Below, one piece after another: positions 7,022-16,595 of a stretch of DNA of 64,000 bases (position 1 is the first letter of the stretch; the number at the start of each line of letters is the position of its first letter). The DNA is taken from contig JBDGYA010000004.1 of assembly GCA_039584325.1 (NCBI GenBank), forward strand, positions 17,669 to 81,668, given 5' to 3'. The translations under genes and the position numbers were made by a program. This DNA comes from Gemmatimonadota bacterium. GTDB taxonomy: Bacteria; Gemmatimonadota; Gemmatimonadetes; Gemmatimonadales; GWC2-71-9. A model generated the notes under the pieces. It saw nothing but the letters and a program-made list of their open reading frames with translations, had not been told where the DNA came from and searched no databases.

Positions 7022-9760
7022 ATGCGCCAGTTGTGCACCCCGATTGCACTCTCCCTGCTCGCGTTGACGGCCAGCTCGGCCGCAGCGCAGGAAGCCTTCG
7101 ACTTCCATGGACGCGGCCCATTCCGGGACGCCGTCCCGCGCCCGGAGGCCCTGCTGGGGTACGGTCCCGGTGATCGTCACACGCAGTACGCCGAGCAGCA
7201 GGCCGTGTTGGACGCGATGGTGGCGGCGGCCGACGACCGGGTGCGAGTCGAGCAGATCGGCGTGACGGAAGAGGGACGTGCCATGCGCGCCTTGATCGTG
7301 TCCGCGCCCGAGAACATCGCACGGCTCGACGAGATCCGGCTCAGCCTCGCCCGGCTCGCCGACGCTAGTTCGACGAGCGCCGAGCAGGCCGTGGCCATCG
7401 CGTCCAGCACGCCGATCGCCGTCATGCTGACGTTTTCCATTCACGGAAACGAGCCCGCGGGATTCGAGGCGGCCATGTGGGTGGCCTACCAGCTCCTGGC
7501 CTCGGAGGAGCCCGCAACGGTCGAGATGTTGCGCAACGCGTTGGTGATCATCCTCCCCTCGGCCAATCCGGACGGTCACGAGCGCTTCGCTGTGTGGTAC
7601 AACTCCCTGGCCATCGGGACCGACGAGCCCTTTGCCTACGAGTGGAATGAACCCTGGGGCATTTGGGGTCGGTATGGTCACTACCGGTTCGACATGAACC
7701 GCGACTTCATCGCACTCTCCCAGGCGCCGACCCGCGCGATGCTTGGCGCACTGCTTCGCTGGCACCCCCAGGTGTACGTCGACCTGCACAGCACGACCGA
7801 GCAATACTTCTTTCCGCCGCCGGCGTCGCCCGTGAACCCCAACCTCCCCGCACACGCGACGACGTGGCTCGAGGTCTTTGGCCGCGGGAATGCCGCCGCG
7901 TTCGACCGATACGGGTGGCAGTACTACACGCGGGACGTATTCGATCTCTTCTACGCCGGCTATTTCGACACAGGCCCGTCCCTGTACGGCGCCACCGGAA
8001 TGACGTACGAGTCGGACGGCGGCAAGGCACTCCAGCGGAGGCGCGAGGACGGCACGGTCATCACCTTCGAGGAGGGTATCGCGCACCACTACGTGGCGGC
8101 GCTCGCGACTGTGGAAACAGCCGCCGCCAATCGGGAAGCGAGACTCCGCGACTACTACGAGTTCCACCGAACGGCCATCGAAGAAGCCCGCAGTAGCAGC
8201 ATGCGCCGCGTGATCGTCGATCCGCAGGCGGATCCGACCAACGCCGCCCGCCTGGTCGCGCTCCTGCTCCAGCACGATGTGCAGGTCTCCCGACTGACCG
8301 CTCCCTATGCGGCGTCCGCGCACGACTACCTGGCCGGCCCTGCAGCGCGGCCCGCCCGGCGGACGTTCCCGCCCGGGAGCTACGTCATCGATCTGGCTCA
8401 GCCCGAGGGGCGCATCGCCCTGGCACTGCTCGAGCCGCGCACCGAGATGGATCCCGAGTTCTACGAGCGGCAAGTGGAGAAATTCGAACGAAACCGGCGC
8501 CGTGGTCCTGCAGCCACCAGCGAGCGCTACGAGTTCTACGACCTGACTGCATGGTCATTGCCGCTCACGATGGGGCTGCAGGCGTACTGGACGGACGATG
8601 GCGGTGCGCTCGAGGCCGATGTGCTCGCGCTCCCCGACGAGGGCGACCCGGTGCGTGCGCTCGCTCCGACCGGCGGTTCGCCCGATCGTGCTCGGTCCGC
8701 GTACGTCTTCCCGAACGATCGGCAGGCCGCTGCCGAGTTGGCGTTCGCCTTGGCCGATGAGGACTTCACGGTCAGTGTGAGTACCGAGCCGCTGCGTGCC
8801 GATGGGGTGTCGTACCCACGCGGTACGTTCGTCGTCCGCGCGTCACGTAACCCGGCCACATTGCACGATCGCATGCCCGACCTCGCGGCCGAGATCGGCG
8901 CACCGGTCACGGCGGTGCAGTCGGCGTTCCCCGATTCCGGACAAGTCGGCATCGGATCGAACGCCGTGGACCCGGTCTTCCGCCCGCGTATTCTCGTCGC
9001 GGCGGGTGATGGGATCTCCATCACGAGTTACGGGGCCCTGTGGCACTTCCTCGAGCGGGAGCTGCGGTATTCGTTCGTTCCGGTGTCCCTGGAGTCGGTT
9101 GGGCGCATGCACACGCTTCCCGACTACAACGTGCTCATCGTCCCGAGTGGAAGCTCTTCGGCGATCCGACGCGCGCTGGGTGTGGGCGGTATTGAGCGTC
9201 TCAAACGGTGGGTGCGAGATGGCGGAGTGCTCATCGCCTACGACGACGCAGCGCTCTTTCCCGGACACGAGGACGTCGGTCTGAGCTCGGTCAAGGCGCT
9301 CGGCGAGGAGGAGGAGGAGGAGGAAAAGAAGGGTAGTACGCCGGACAGTCTCCCCTCGGCACCGGAGCTGACACCCCCGCTCGCATCACCCGAGGCCGAT
9401 CCTGACCGCCCGGAGTACGTGCCCGGATCCATCTTCCGAGCCACGCTCGACCTCACCCATTGGCTGACGATGGGCTACGGCGGGAAGACGCTCCCGGTCA
9501 TGCTGCGCGGCAGGACGATGCTGGCACCGTCGACGCGGGGAGACAATCCGGTCGTGTTCGTGGGTGACTCGCTGCTGCTCGCCGGTTTCGCCTGGCCGGA
9601 GAACACGGAGCAGTCGCTGCAGAAGACGGTGTGGGCAGCGGTCGAGCGGCAGGGCCGTGGGAATGTCGTGGTGTTCGCCGACGACCCGCTCTATCGCGCC
9701 TTCTGGCGTGGCCCGGCGCGTCTCCTCACCAACGCGATCCTCTTCGGGACGGGACGCTGA
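7022..9760 (+). CDS. M14 family zinc carboxypeptidase-like protein, large secreted form
   Basis: Signal peptide MRQLCTPIALSLLALTASSAAAQ. M14 motifs FSIHGNEPAG and NPDGHE, and a later HS..E region. Long C-terminal extension with a poly-Glu linker. The ATG at 7022 is preferred over the TTG at 6974. Confidence 0.8.
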   Translation: MRQLCTPIALSLLALTASSAAAQEAFDFHGRGPFRDAVPRPEALLGYGPGDRHTQYAEQQAVLDAMVAAADDRVRVEQIGVTEEGRAMRALIVSAPENIARLDEIRLSLARLADASSTSAEQAVAIASSTPIAVMLTFSIHGNEPAGFEAAMWVAYQLLASEEPATVEMLRNALVIILPSANPDGHERFAVWYNSLAIGTDEPFAYEWNEPWGIWGRYGHYRFDMNRDFIALSQAPTRAMLGALLRWHPQVYVDLHSTTEQYFFPPPASPVNPNLPAHATTWLEVFGRGNAAAFDRYGWQYYTRDVFDLFYAGYFDTGPSLYGATGMTYESDGGKALQRRREDGTVITFEEGIAHHYVAALATVETAAANREARLRDYYEFHRTAIEEARSSSMRRVIVDPQADPTNAARLVALLLQHDVQVSRLTAPYAASAHDYLAGPAARPARRTFPPGSYVIDLAQPEGRIALALLEPRTEMDPEFYERQVEKFERNRRRGPAATSERYEFYDLTAWSLPLTMGLQAYWTDDGGALEADVLALPDEGDPVRALAPTGGSPDRARSAYVFPNDRQAAAELAFALADEDFTVSVSTEPLRADGVSYPRGTFVVRASRNPATLHDRMPDLAAEIGAPVTAVQSAFPDSGQVGIGSNAVDPVFRPRILVAAGDGISITSYGALWHFLERELRYSFVPVSLESVGRMHTLPDYNVLIVPSGSSSAIRRALGVGGIERLKRWVRDGGVLIAYDDAALFPGHEDVGLSSVKALGEEEEEEEKKGSTPDSLPSAPELTPPLASPEADPDRPEYVPGSIFRATLDLTHWLTMGYGGKTLPVMLRGRTMLAPSTRGDNPVVFVGDSLLLAGFAWPENTEQSLQKTVWAAVERQGRGNVVVFADDPLYRAFWRGPARLLTNAILFGTGR
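9305..9322 (+). repeat. (GAG)6 trinucleotide run encoding a poly-Glu linker in the M14 protein
   Basis: Six consecutive GAG codons followed by GAA AAG AAG, giving the peptide EEEEEEEKK. Confidence 0.9.
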
Positions 9761-9774
9761 CGAGCCATGTGATC

Positions 9775-9803
9775 GGGGGTCGGCGGCACCGCCGCCGACC
9801 CCC
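9775..9803. terminator. GC-rich 13-bp hairpin between convergent genes (bidirectional terminator candidate)
   Basis: GGGGGTCGGCGGC-acc-GCCGCCGACCCCC, located 15 nt after the M14 stop and 26 nt after the PDZ gene stop. There is no U-tract. Confidence 0.5.
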
Positions 9804-9828
9804 GCCTCCCACAAGCCGCTGCCGGACA

Positions 9829-10908
9829 CTACCTGCGGTACTGCTCAAACAGGTAACCGCTCTCCCGTTCGGGGATCGTCACCGTCAGCGTCTGACGGCG
9901 CTTATCGCGCATGATCTCGACGTTCATGCTCTCGCCAGCCTCGTACGACCGGATGATTCGGAGGGCATGTGACGGATTCGTCGGCTCGCGGCCGTCGATG
10001 CTCAGTATCACGTCCCCGCTCTTGAGCTTGAAATCATCTCCTTCCGGTGCCCGGACCACGAGAATGCCTTCGGTGGTTCCGAAGTATGCCCCGAGATCGG
10101 GGTTCAGCTCCACCAGCTCCATGTCGAACCAGTGGAACGGCATGAAGGACGAGAGGACTCCAGGGGACCCGGAACGCAGCCGTGCGACGCCCAGTGGCGG
10201 CTCACCCTCGTACGTCCATGCCAGCTCGGGTCGCTCCATCCGGAAGTTGTACCGCCCCGAGTCGCCCGCGAACGAGTAGGCGAACGCCGCGGGTTCCATC
10301 TTCCGGACGGCGACGTCCGTCATTGCTCGCGAACCATCCCGCAGGTACTCCACCGTGAGCGTGTCACCCTCCTCCAGCTCACCGATGATCTCCACGAGCT
10401 TCTGGTTAGGCGCCTGGCCACGCCGATCCGCGCGTCCAAGGGCCTGTCCGTTCGCGCTCACGATGATATCGCCTGCTTTGAGACCGGCCTCCTCCGCCGG
10501 CCCACCGGGAGTCACCCCGCTGAGCTTGGCTCCGAGCGAGTCCCACTCGGTACGGCGGTTCGTCTCCTCGAGCAGCACACCCATCTTCGGCCGGTCTTCC
10601 GATACGAACACGCTGACGTTGCCTGGCTCGACGAACTTCAGTCGGGTGATCAGGTCGCGGTACTCACCCGTGCGCAGCTCCCGCTGAGCGAGCCGCAGTG
10701 CCTCCATGGCCTCGCGCAACGCCTGATTGGCCTCGTCACTCTGCGACTTGCGCAACTGTTCGATCGCCTGCCGCAGCGCCTCCTGCGCCTCTTGCGTGCG
10801 CCGTTGGGCCGCCTGGAGGTCGGGCTCTTCCTTCTCCTGGGCCGTCACCCCTACCGGCACGGCCAGTAGCAGGGCGAGGAACAGCGGAATGTGTGATAGC
10901 CGTCTCAT
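9829..10908 (-). CDS. secreted protein with two PDZ domains
   Basis: Signal peptide MRRLSHIPLFLALLLAVPVGVTAQ. PDZ-like GLKAGDIIVSANGQALG and LKSGDVILSIDGREP. The ATG at 10908 is preceded by AGGAG with a 7-nt spacer. Confidence 0.75.
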   Translation of the reverse strand: MRRLSHIPLFLALLLAVPVGVTAQEKEEPDLQAAQRRTQEAQEALRQAIEQLRKSQSDEANQALREAMEALRLAQRELRTGEYRDLITRLKFVEPGNVSVFVSEDRPKMGVLLEETNRRTEWDSLGAKLSGVTPGGPAEEAGLKAGDIIVSANGQALGRADRRGQAPNQKLVEIIGELEEGDTLTVEYLRDGSRAMTDVAVRKMEPAAFAYSFAGDSGRYNFRMERPELAWTYEGEPPLGVARLRSGSPGVLSSFMPFHWFDMELVELNPDLGAYFGTTEGILVVRAPEGDDFKLKSGDVILSIDGREPTNPSHALRIIRSYEAGESMNVEIMRDKRRQTLTVTIPERESGYLFEQYRR

Positions 10909-10980
10909 GATGTCACTCCTTACCGACCGGTGTATGCCGTGCTCGACCGTCCCAGTCGTCGTTGATCGTCGTCGTCTCAC

Positions 10981-11577
10981 TCACTGACCTACGTATGTCA
11001 CCTGCTGCACGTGTGTGCTCACGAGCCGATCCATGAGAACCACACGCTCACGCCACAGATCGGCCATCGCATCGGTCGACACGGCGACTTCCTGCGCACG
11101 GGTGATCCCGAAATCGACTGCGGCGATGCGGTCTTCGAGATCGGCGACGGCCGCGGCCGTCATGCCGTTCACGACCCGTCCCGGCCGCTGGAACGACGCG
11201 AGCAGCTGTTCCAGCTCCTGTGACTCCTCGACGAGCGCCTCGACCTCCCGGGTGGCAAGGTCCTGGGCCGGGGCGGCCGTCGGGATCGCCTGGAAGCCAA
11301 TGACGCCCACGATCGCGGCCGCGGCGGCGAGGCCCACCCAGCGTAGCCGTGACCGCTGCGCCTGTCGCTGCTCGGCCTCCAGTGCGTCTCGAACCGGCGG
11401 CCAGCGGTCGCGCGGCGGGGAGAAGGCCGACAGCGCCTTCAGCGCCGCCGTCCGCTGGTACAGCCGCTCCAACTCGGCGCTGCACTCCGCGCACGCTGCG
11501 ATGTGCGACCGCGTCGTCGTGCTGCCCTCACCATCCCGCAGCGCCAGCAGCTCAGCCATCGTGCAGTGCATCAACAT
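10981..11577 (-). CDS. anti-sigma factor (zf-HC2 type, single TM)
   Basis: N-terminal H-x3-C-x2-C motif (HIAACAECSAEL), a central hydrophobic helix, and an overlap with the upstream ECF sigma gene. Confidence 0.7.
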   Translation of the reverse strand: MLMHCTMAELLALRDGEGSTTTRSHIAACAECSAELERLYQRTAALKALSAFSPPRDRWPPVRDALEAEQRQAQRSRLRWVGLAAAAAIVGVIGFQAIPTAAPAQDLATREVEALVEESQELEQLLASFQRPGRVVNGMTAAAVADLEDRIAAVDFGITRAQEVAVSTDAMADLWRERVVLMDRLVSTHVQQVTYVGQ

Positions 11578-12122
11578 CTGTCCTCCTCGCCGAGCAGCTT
11601 CCGCAGCCGCGCATGGGCGCGTGACAGCTGGGACTTCGAGAAGCTCACGGTCTTTCCCATCAGCTCGGCAATCTCCTCGTGCGTATATCCCTCAACGTCG
11701 TGGAGCCACACCACGGCACGCGACGTTTCTGACAATCGGGCGAGCGCGCTCTCGAGATCCATCTGCAGCGCCACATCGCCGTCCCGGCGTCCGGCCCATC
11801 CGCTCTCCTCCTCGAGTTGCTCGGTATCGCGGTACTTCTCGTACCGGATCCGAATCAAGGCCTTGCTCGCAGCGACCCGCTTGATCCAGGCCGTGAGGCT
11901 GCCGGCACCCGTGCCGCGAAAGCGCTTCATCGAGCGGCAGACTTCCAGGAAGGTCTCCTGGAGCGTCTCCTCGGCCTCCTCGGGCGTCCGGCAGATCCGG
12001 CGTGCGAGCGTGTACACGGTTCCTTCATAGGCGCGGTACACCCGCTCGAGTGCCTCGAGGTCACCCGTCTTCGCCCGCTGGATGGCGAGGTCGTCCAACG
12101 CTGCAGCCGTCAGTTCAGCCAT
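11571..12122 (-). CDS. ECF (group IV) RNA polymerase sigma-70 factor
   Basis: 183 aa. Region 2 is YRAYEGTVYTLARRIC...AEETLQETFLEV. Region 4 HTH is HDVEGYTHEEIAELMGKTVSFSKSQLSRA. Confidence 0.9.
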   Translation of the reverse strand: MAELTAAALDDLAIQRAKTGDLEALERVYRAYEGTVYTLARRICRTPEEAEETLQETFLEVCRSMKRFRGTGAGSLTAWIKRVAASKALIRIRYEKYRDTEQLEEESGWAGRRDGDVALQMDLESALARLSETSRAVVWLHDVEGYTHEEIAELMGKTVSFSKSQLSRAHARLRKLLGEEDRC

Positions 12123-12218
12123 TGCCCGAATGTATAGATGCGTTCAGGGGAGAGAGGGTCGCAGCCAGGGCGCCCGGTGCGAGTTCACCGCTCCACGAAG
12201 GTGATTCACAGACAGCTA

Positions 12219-12419
12219 ATGACAATCATGACAAGAGCTTATGGAATTCGACGCCGATGGTGTCGCAACGGCGCACTGGAGGGGCGGGGAATCGGTGCGG
12301 CCCTGGCGCGGTCGGGCCTGCATTTCGCACAGGCCCAGGGTCTGGCAGTGCGACCGCTGTGCCCCTTCGTCGCCGCGTACTTCGCGAAGCACCCGGAGTA
12401 CGGGACGCTGGTCCGGTGA
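12219..12419 (+). pseudogene. probable remnant of a small GNAT-like (YjdJ / Acetyltransf_CG type) acetyltransferase
   Basis: The C-terminal half, LEGRGIGAALARSGLHFAQAQGLAVRPLCPFVAAYFAKHPEY, matches the family. A candidate N-terminal strand, MEFDADGVATAHW, sits in a different frame (ORF 12241..), and the HTEV-type segment between them is missing. An AT-rich patch lies at the junction. Confidence 0.4.
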
Positions 12420-12467
12420 CCTGTTGCCGCCGGGTCGCCGAACGGTGACCGAAGACGTCCCGTCCGT

Positions 12468-14942
12468 CTAGACGACGAGATTGACCAGCCGGTTCTCCAC
12501 GAAGATCGTCTTGCGGAGCGGCTTGTCCTCGACGAACCGTCGAACGCTCTCGACCTGAAGCGCCCGGTCGACCGCTGCCTGCTGTCCGATGCCCGCGGGC
12601 ACCAACACGCGCCCCCGGACCTTACCGTTTACCTGCACGACGAGCTCGATCTGGTCTTCCTCGGCGAGCGACGCTTCGAACGCCGGCCACGACGCATCGA
12701 AGACGCTCGTCTCGTGACGCAGCCGTTCCCAGCACTCCTCGGCGAAATGCGGGGCCAGCGGTGCCAGCATGATGACGAGCGGCTCGAGCAGCTCGGTGCA
12801 GACATCCGGCACAGCGGAGTCGTCCGAGCCTCTGCCCCGTAGCACGTTCACATACTCCATGAGCTTGGAGATGGCCGTGTTGTACCGGAGGTCCTCGAGA
12901 TCCTCCGCGACCCCGCGGATCGTCTGATGCAGCTTGCGCATCGTGGGCGCGGTGATCTCGCCACCCTCGAACGTCGCGACGTTTACCAGGCCCCACACCT
13001 TGTCGAGGAAACGGCGGATCCCCGAGATCCCCTCGTCCCGGAAGTCACCACCCTCCTGATACGGGCCGAGGAACATGAGATACATCCGGAACGTGTCGGC
13101 GCCCCACTTGGCGATGTACTCGTCCGGGATGACGACGTTCCCGCGAGACTTCGACATCTTGGCCCCGTCCTTTACGATCATGCCGTGAGCCCGGAACCGC
13201 GTAAACGGCTCCTCGAAATCCAGGTGACCGAGGTCATGCAGCGCCATCGTGATGAACCGGGAGTACATCAGGTGCAGCACGGCGTGCTCGTTCCCGCCGA
13301 TGTACGAATCCACGGGTAGCCACTTCTTCGTGAGGGCCGGATCGAACGGCCGATCGTCGCACCCGGTGGACGGGTAGCGCAGATAGTACCACGCCGAATC
13401 GAGGAACGTGTCGGAGACGTCTGTCTCCCGGCGGGCGTCTCCGCCGCACGCGGGGCACGGCGCCTGGTACCACTCTTTGGCGCGGGCGAGCGGCGATACT
13501 CCGCTCTCGTCCGGCCGAAAGTCTTCGAGCGGGGGTAGTACGACCGGCAAGTCCGACTCCGGCACGGGCACCGTGCCGCACCGGTCACAGTAGATGACCG
13601 GGATAGGCGGCCCCCAGTACCGCTGACGCGAGATACACCAGTCGTGCAGGCGGTACTGGACCTGCCGCGAGGCGGCGTCCTTCGACTCCAGCCATTCCGT
13701 AATCGCGCGAACGGCGTCCTGCGGTGCCATCCCGTCGAACGTTCCGGAATGGACCATCGTCCCGTCCCACCCGGTATAGAGTGGCGGCACATCCGGGCGC
13801 GGCGCGGGCGCGTCGACTTCCGCTCCGTGGGGCGGCCTCACCACCTGCCTGATCTCGAGGTCGAACTCCAACGCGAAGGCGTAGTCCCGCTCGTCATGGG
13901 CCGGCACCGCCATGATCGCGCCCGTGCCGTACTCCATGAGCACGTAGTCCGCAATCCAGATGGGCACCCGCTCCTCGGTTGCGGGATTCACGCAGTAGGC
14001 GCCCGTGAAGACCCCCGTCTTCTCCTTGTCACCGACCCGCCGGCTTACCAGGTCCATCGACGCCGCGTGCTGCCGGTAGGCCTCGACCTCCGCCCGCTGT
14101 GCGTCGGTGGTGAGGTCCTCCACCAGCGGATGCTCCGGGGCGAGCACCATGTAGGTGGCTCCGAACACGGTGTCGGGTCGGGTGGTGAACACGCGGATCG
14201 GTGTGCCGCTCTCGGTGCGGAAGACGAGGTCCGCTCCTTCGGACCGCCCGATCCAGTTGGTCTGCATGAGGCGGGTCGACTCGGACCAGTCGATGCGCTG
14301 GAGATGCTCGAGGAGGCGCTCGGTGAACTCGGTAATGCGGAAGAACCACTGCTCCAGGAACCGCTGGGTCACCGCGGTATCGGGATGTCGCTCGCACATC
14401 CCGTTGATCACCTGCTCGTTGGCGAGCACGGTCTTGCACTCGGGGCACCAGTTGACGGGTGCCTCCTTCTTCACCGCGAGCCCCGACCGGAACAACTGCA
14501 AGAAGATCCACTGCGTCCACTTGTAGTACCGCGGATCGGTGGTCTGTACCTCGTGGCCCCAATCAAACATGAGCCCGATGCGCTGCAGCTGTTCGCGGAA
14601 CCGCACGATGTTACGGGGGATCAGTTCCGCCGGGTGCGTGTTGACCTTCAGCGCGTAGTTCTCGGAGTGGATGCCGAACGCGTCGAACCCAATCGGCTCG
14701 AACACGTTCCACCCCTGCAGCCGGCGAAACCGGCCGTGGACGTCGCTGCCCACGAAGGCAAAGACGTTCCCGACGTGCAGCCCCTCGGCGGAGGGGTACG
14801 GGAACATCATGAGATTGAAATAGGGCCGCCGGGCGCCCTCGAGGTCGGCGGCGTTAGTACGGCGCTCATCCCAGCGCCGCTGCCACTTCACCTCGACAGT
14901 CTCCGGGTCGTACCGCTCGGGGGATGTCGTCGTGTCTACCAT
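12468..14942 (-). CDS. leuS: leucine--tRNA ligase
   Basis: 824 aa. Class I HIGH-type motif (PYPSAEGLHVGN) and KMSKS (GAKMSKSRGN), with a LeuRS-type editing domain and zinc-binding inserts. Confidence 0.97.
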   Translation of the reverse strand: MVDTTTSPERYDPETVEVKWQRRWDERRTNAADLEGARRPYFNLMMFPYPSAEGLHVGNVFAFVGSDVHGRFRRLQGWNVFEPIGFDAFGIHSENYALKVNTHPAELIPRNIVRFREQLQRIGLMFDWGHEVQTTDPRYYKWTQWIFLQLFRSGLAVKKEAPVNWCPECKTVLANEQVINGMCERHPDTAVTQRFLEQWFFRITEFTERLLEHLQRIDWSESTRLMQTNWIGRSEGADLVFRTESGTPIRVFTTRPDTVFGATYMVLAPEHPLVEDLTTDAQRAEVEAYRQHAASMDLVSRRVGDKEKTGVFTGAYCVNPATEERVPIWIADYVLMEYGTGAIMAVPAHDERDYAFALEFDLEIRQVVRPPHGAEVDAPAPRPDVPPLYTGWDGTMVHSGTFDGMAPQDAVRAITEWLESKDAASRQVQYRLHDWCISRQRYWGPPIPVIYCDRCGTVPVPESDLPVVLPPLEDFRPDESGVSPLARAKEWYQAPCPACGGDARRETDVSDTFLDSAWYYLRYPSTGCDDRPFDPALTKKWLPVDSYIGGNEHAVLHLMYSRFITMALHDLGHLDFEEPFTRFRAHGMIVKDGAKMSKSRGNVVIPDEYIAKWGADTFRMYLMFLGPYQEGGDFRDEGISGIRRFLDKVWGLVNVATFEGGEITAPTMRKLHQTIRGVAEDLEDLRYNTAISKLMEYVNVLRGRGSDDSAVPDVCTELLEPLVIMLAPLAPHFAEECWERLRHETSVFDASWPAFEASLAEEDQIELVVQVNGKVRGRVLVPAGIGQQAAVDRALQVESVRRFVEDKPLRKTIFVENRLVNLVV

Positions 14943-15005
14943 AACCGTGGGAATGTAACCGGGGCCGGGGGGCGTCAGGAATCTGCGGTCATCCGAGGTT
15001 CAGCG

Positions 15006-16595
15006 TCACCTCAACCGCGCCACCCGCACATCCAGCACCTCGGGTATCGCCTGGAGGGCTCGGACCACCTCCGGCCCGGGCATCTGATCCACCACGATGG
15101 CCGCGAGCGCGTCGCCGGCCTCTCGCGTACCGCGCGACTGGTGATACGAGGCGATGTTGATGGCGGCATCACCGATCTCTTGCCCGACCTTGCCGATCAC
15201 TCCCGGGACATCCCGATTCCTCAGTACGACGATATGGCCCTCGGTGGGCACGTCGACAGTGAAGCCATCGATTCGGATCAGTCGACCGCCGAGGTCTCCG
15301 AGGACCGCACCCGTGACACTCACCTTCCGCTCCTCGGAGGCAACCGTCACCCCGATCGTCGACTCGAAACCGCGCATTGGCCGGCCCACCTGGCGGGTGC
15401 ACGGGATGCCGCGCTGCCGGGCAAGCTCGCCCGCATTGACCAGGGTCACCCGCTCCAGCCCCATCGCCGTGAGCACCCCCTCGACCGCCGCCAGCATCAC
15501 CGGCCGCGGCGCCGCCTCGTCCTGGCCACCAAAGACGACCTCGATTGAGGTCGCGCGGCCGGCGGCGAGCCCGGCGGCGAGCCGGCCGAGCTGGCGCGCG
15601 AGGTCCAAGGGCCCGGATAGCCGCACGAGCACGTCACTGGAGACCCCCGGCAGGTTGACCGCACCCCTGAGGGAACCGGTGAGCAGCGCGTCCCGCACGA
15701 AGCTGCAGATCTCCACCGAGACGCGGTCCTGGGCCTCCGACGTCGACGCCGCCAAGTGGGGAGTCAGCAGGAGCCGGTCCGACCGCCGGAGCGGTGAATC
15801 CGCCGACAGGGGCTCCGGGTCGAACACGTCCAGTGCCGCCGCCGCCAGCGGCCCGGACTCCACGGCCTCCAGCAGTGCCTCGTCGTCGATCAGCCCGCCG
15901 CGCGCGGCGTTCACCAGCACCGAGCCGGGCTTCATCGTAGCGAGCCGCTCCCGGTTCATCAGATGCCGTGTCTCCTCTGTCAGCGGCAAGTGGAGGGTGA
16001 CAACGTCGGCGGTGGCGAGCACGTCCTCCAGCGGGAGGAGCTCGGTACCGATCTCGTCCGCGCGGTCCACGGGCAGGTAGGGATCGTACGCCACGACCTT
16101 CATCCCAAACGCCTTGGCGACGCGCGCCACCCGGATGCCGATCCGTCCGAGCCCGACGATGCCCAGGCGCTTGCCGAACAACTCCGTTCCGGCAAACCGC
16201 TTGCGATCCCACCGACCATCCCCCATGCTGGCGGCGGCCCGCGGAATCCTCCGCAGCAGCGCCAGCAACAGGGCGACGGTGTGCTCAGCCGTGCTCACCG
16301 TGTTCGCCCCCGGGGCCGTGAGCACCGCGATCCCGCGGCGCGTGGCAGCATCGACGTCGATGTTGTCGACCCCCGTACCGGCTCGACCGATCACCATGAG
16401 GTGCGGAGCTGCATGGATCCGCTCCTTCGTCACCCGCGTATCCGAGCGGACCAGCAGCGCGTGGGCGCGTGGCAGCTCTGTGGCGAGCCGCTCGGGGTCA
16501 CCCGCAGCGACGACCACCTCCAGTGCGGGCTCGGCGCGCAACAGATCCAGTCCGGCCGGCGCGACCCGGTCCGCAACGACAACTACGTGACTCAT
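15006..16595 (-). CDS. serA: D-3-phosphoglycerate dehydrogenase (long form with ACT domain)
   Basis: 529 aa. NAD-binding loop GIVGLGRIGIRVA, the catalytic R/E/H pattern of D-2-hydroxyacid dehydrogenases, and C-terminal ASB plus ACT-like domains. Confidence 0.93.
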   Translation of the reverse strand: MSHVVVVADRVAPAGLDLLRAEPALEVVVAAGDPERLATELPRAHALLVRSDTRVTKERIHAAPHLMVIGRAGTGVDNIDVDAATRRGIAVLTAPGANTVSTAEHTVALLLALLRRIPRAAASMGDGRWDRKRFAGTELFGKRLGIVGLGRIGIRVARVAKAFGMKVVAYDPYLPVDRADEIGTELLPLEDVLATADVVTLHLPLTEETRHLMNRERLATMKPGSVLVNAARGGLIDDEALLEAVESGPLAAAALDVFDPEPLSADSPLRRSDRLLLTPHLAASTSEAQDRVSVEICSFVRDALLTGSLRGAVNLPGVSSDVLVRLSGPLDLARQLGRLAAGLAAGRATSIEVVFGGQDEAAPRPVMLAAVEGVLTAMGLERVTLVNAGELARQRGIPCTRQVGRPMRGFESTIGVTVASEERKVSVTGAVLGDLGGRLIRIDGFTVDVPTEGHIVVLRNRDVPGVIGKVGQEIGDAAINIASYHQSRGTREAGDALAAIVVDQMPGPEVVRALQAIPEVLDVRVARLR

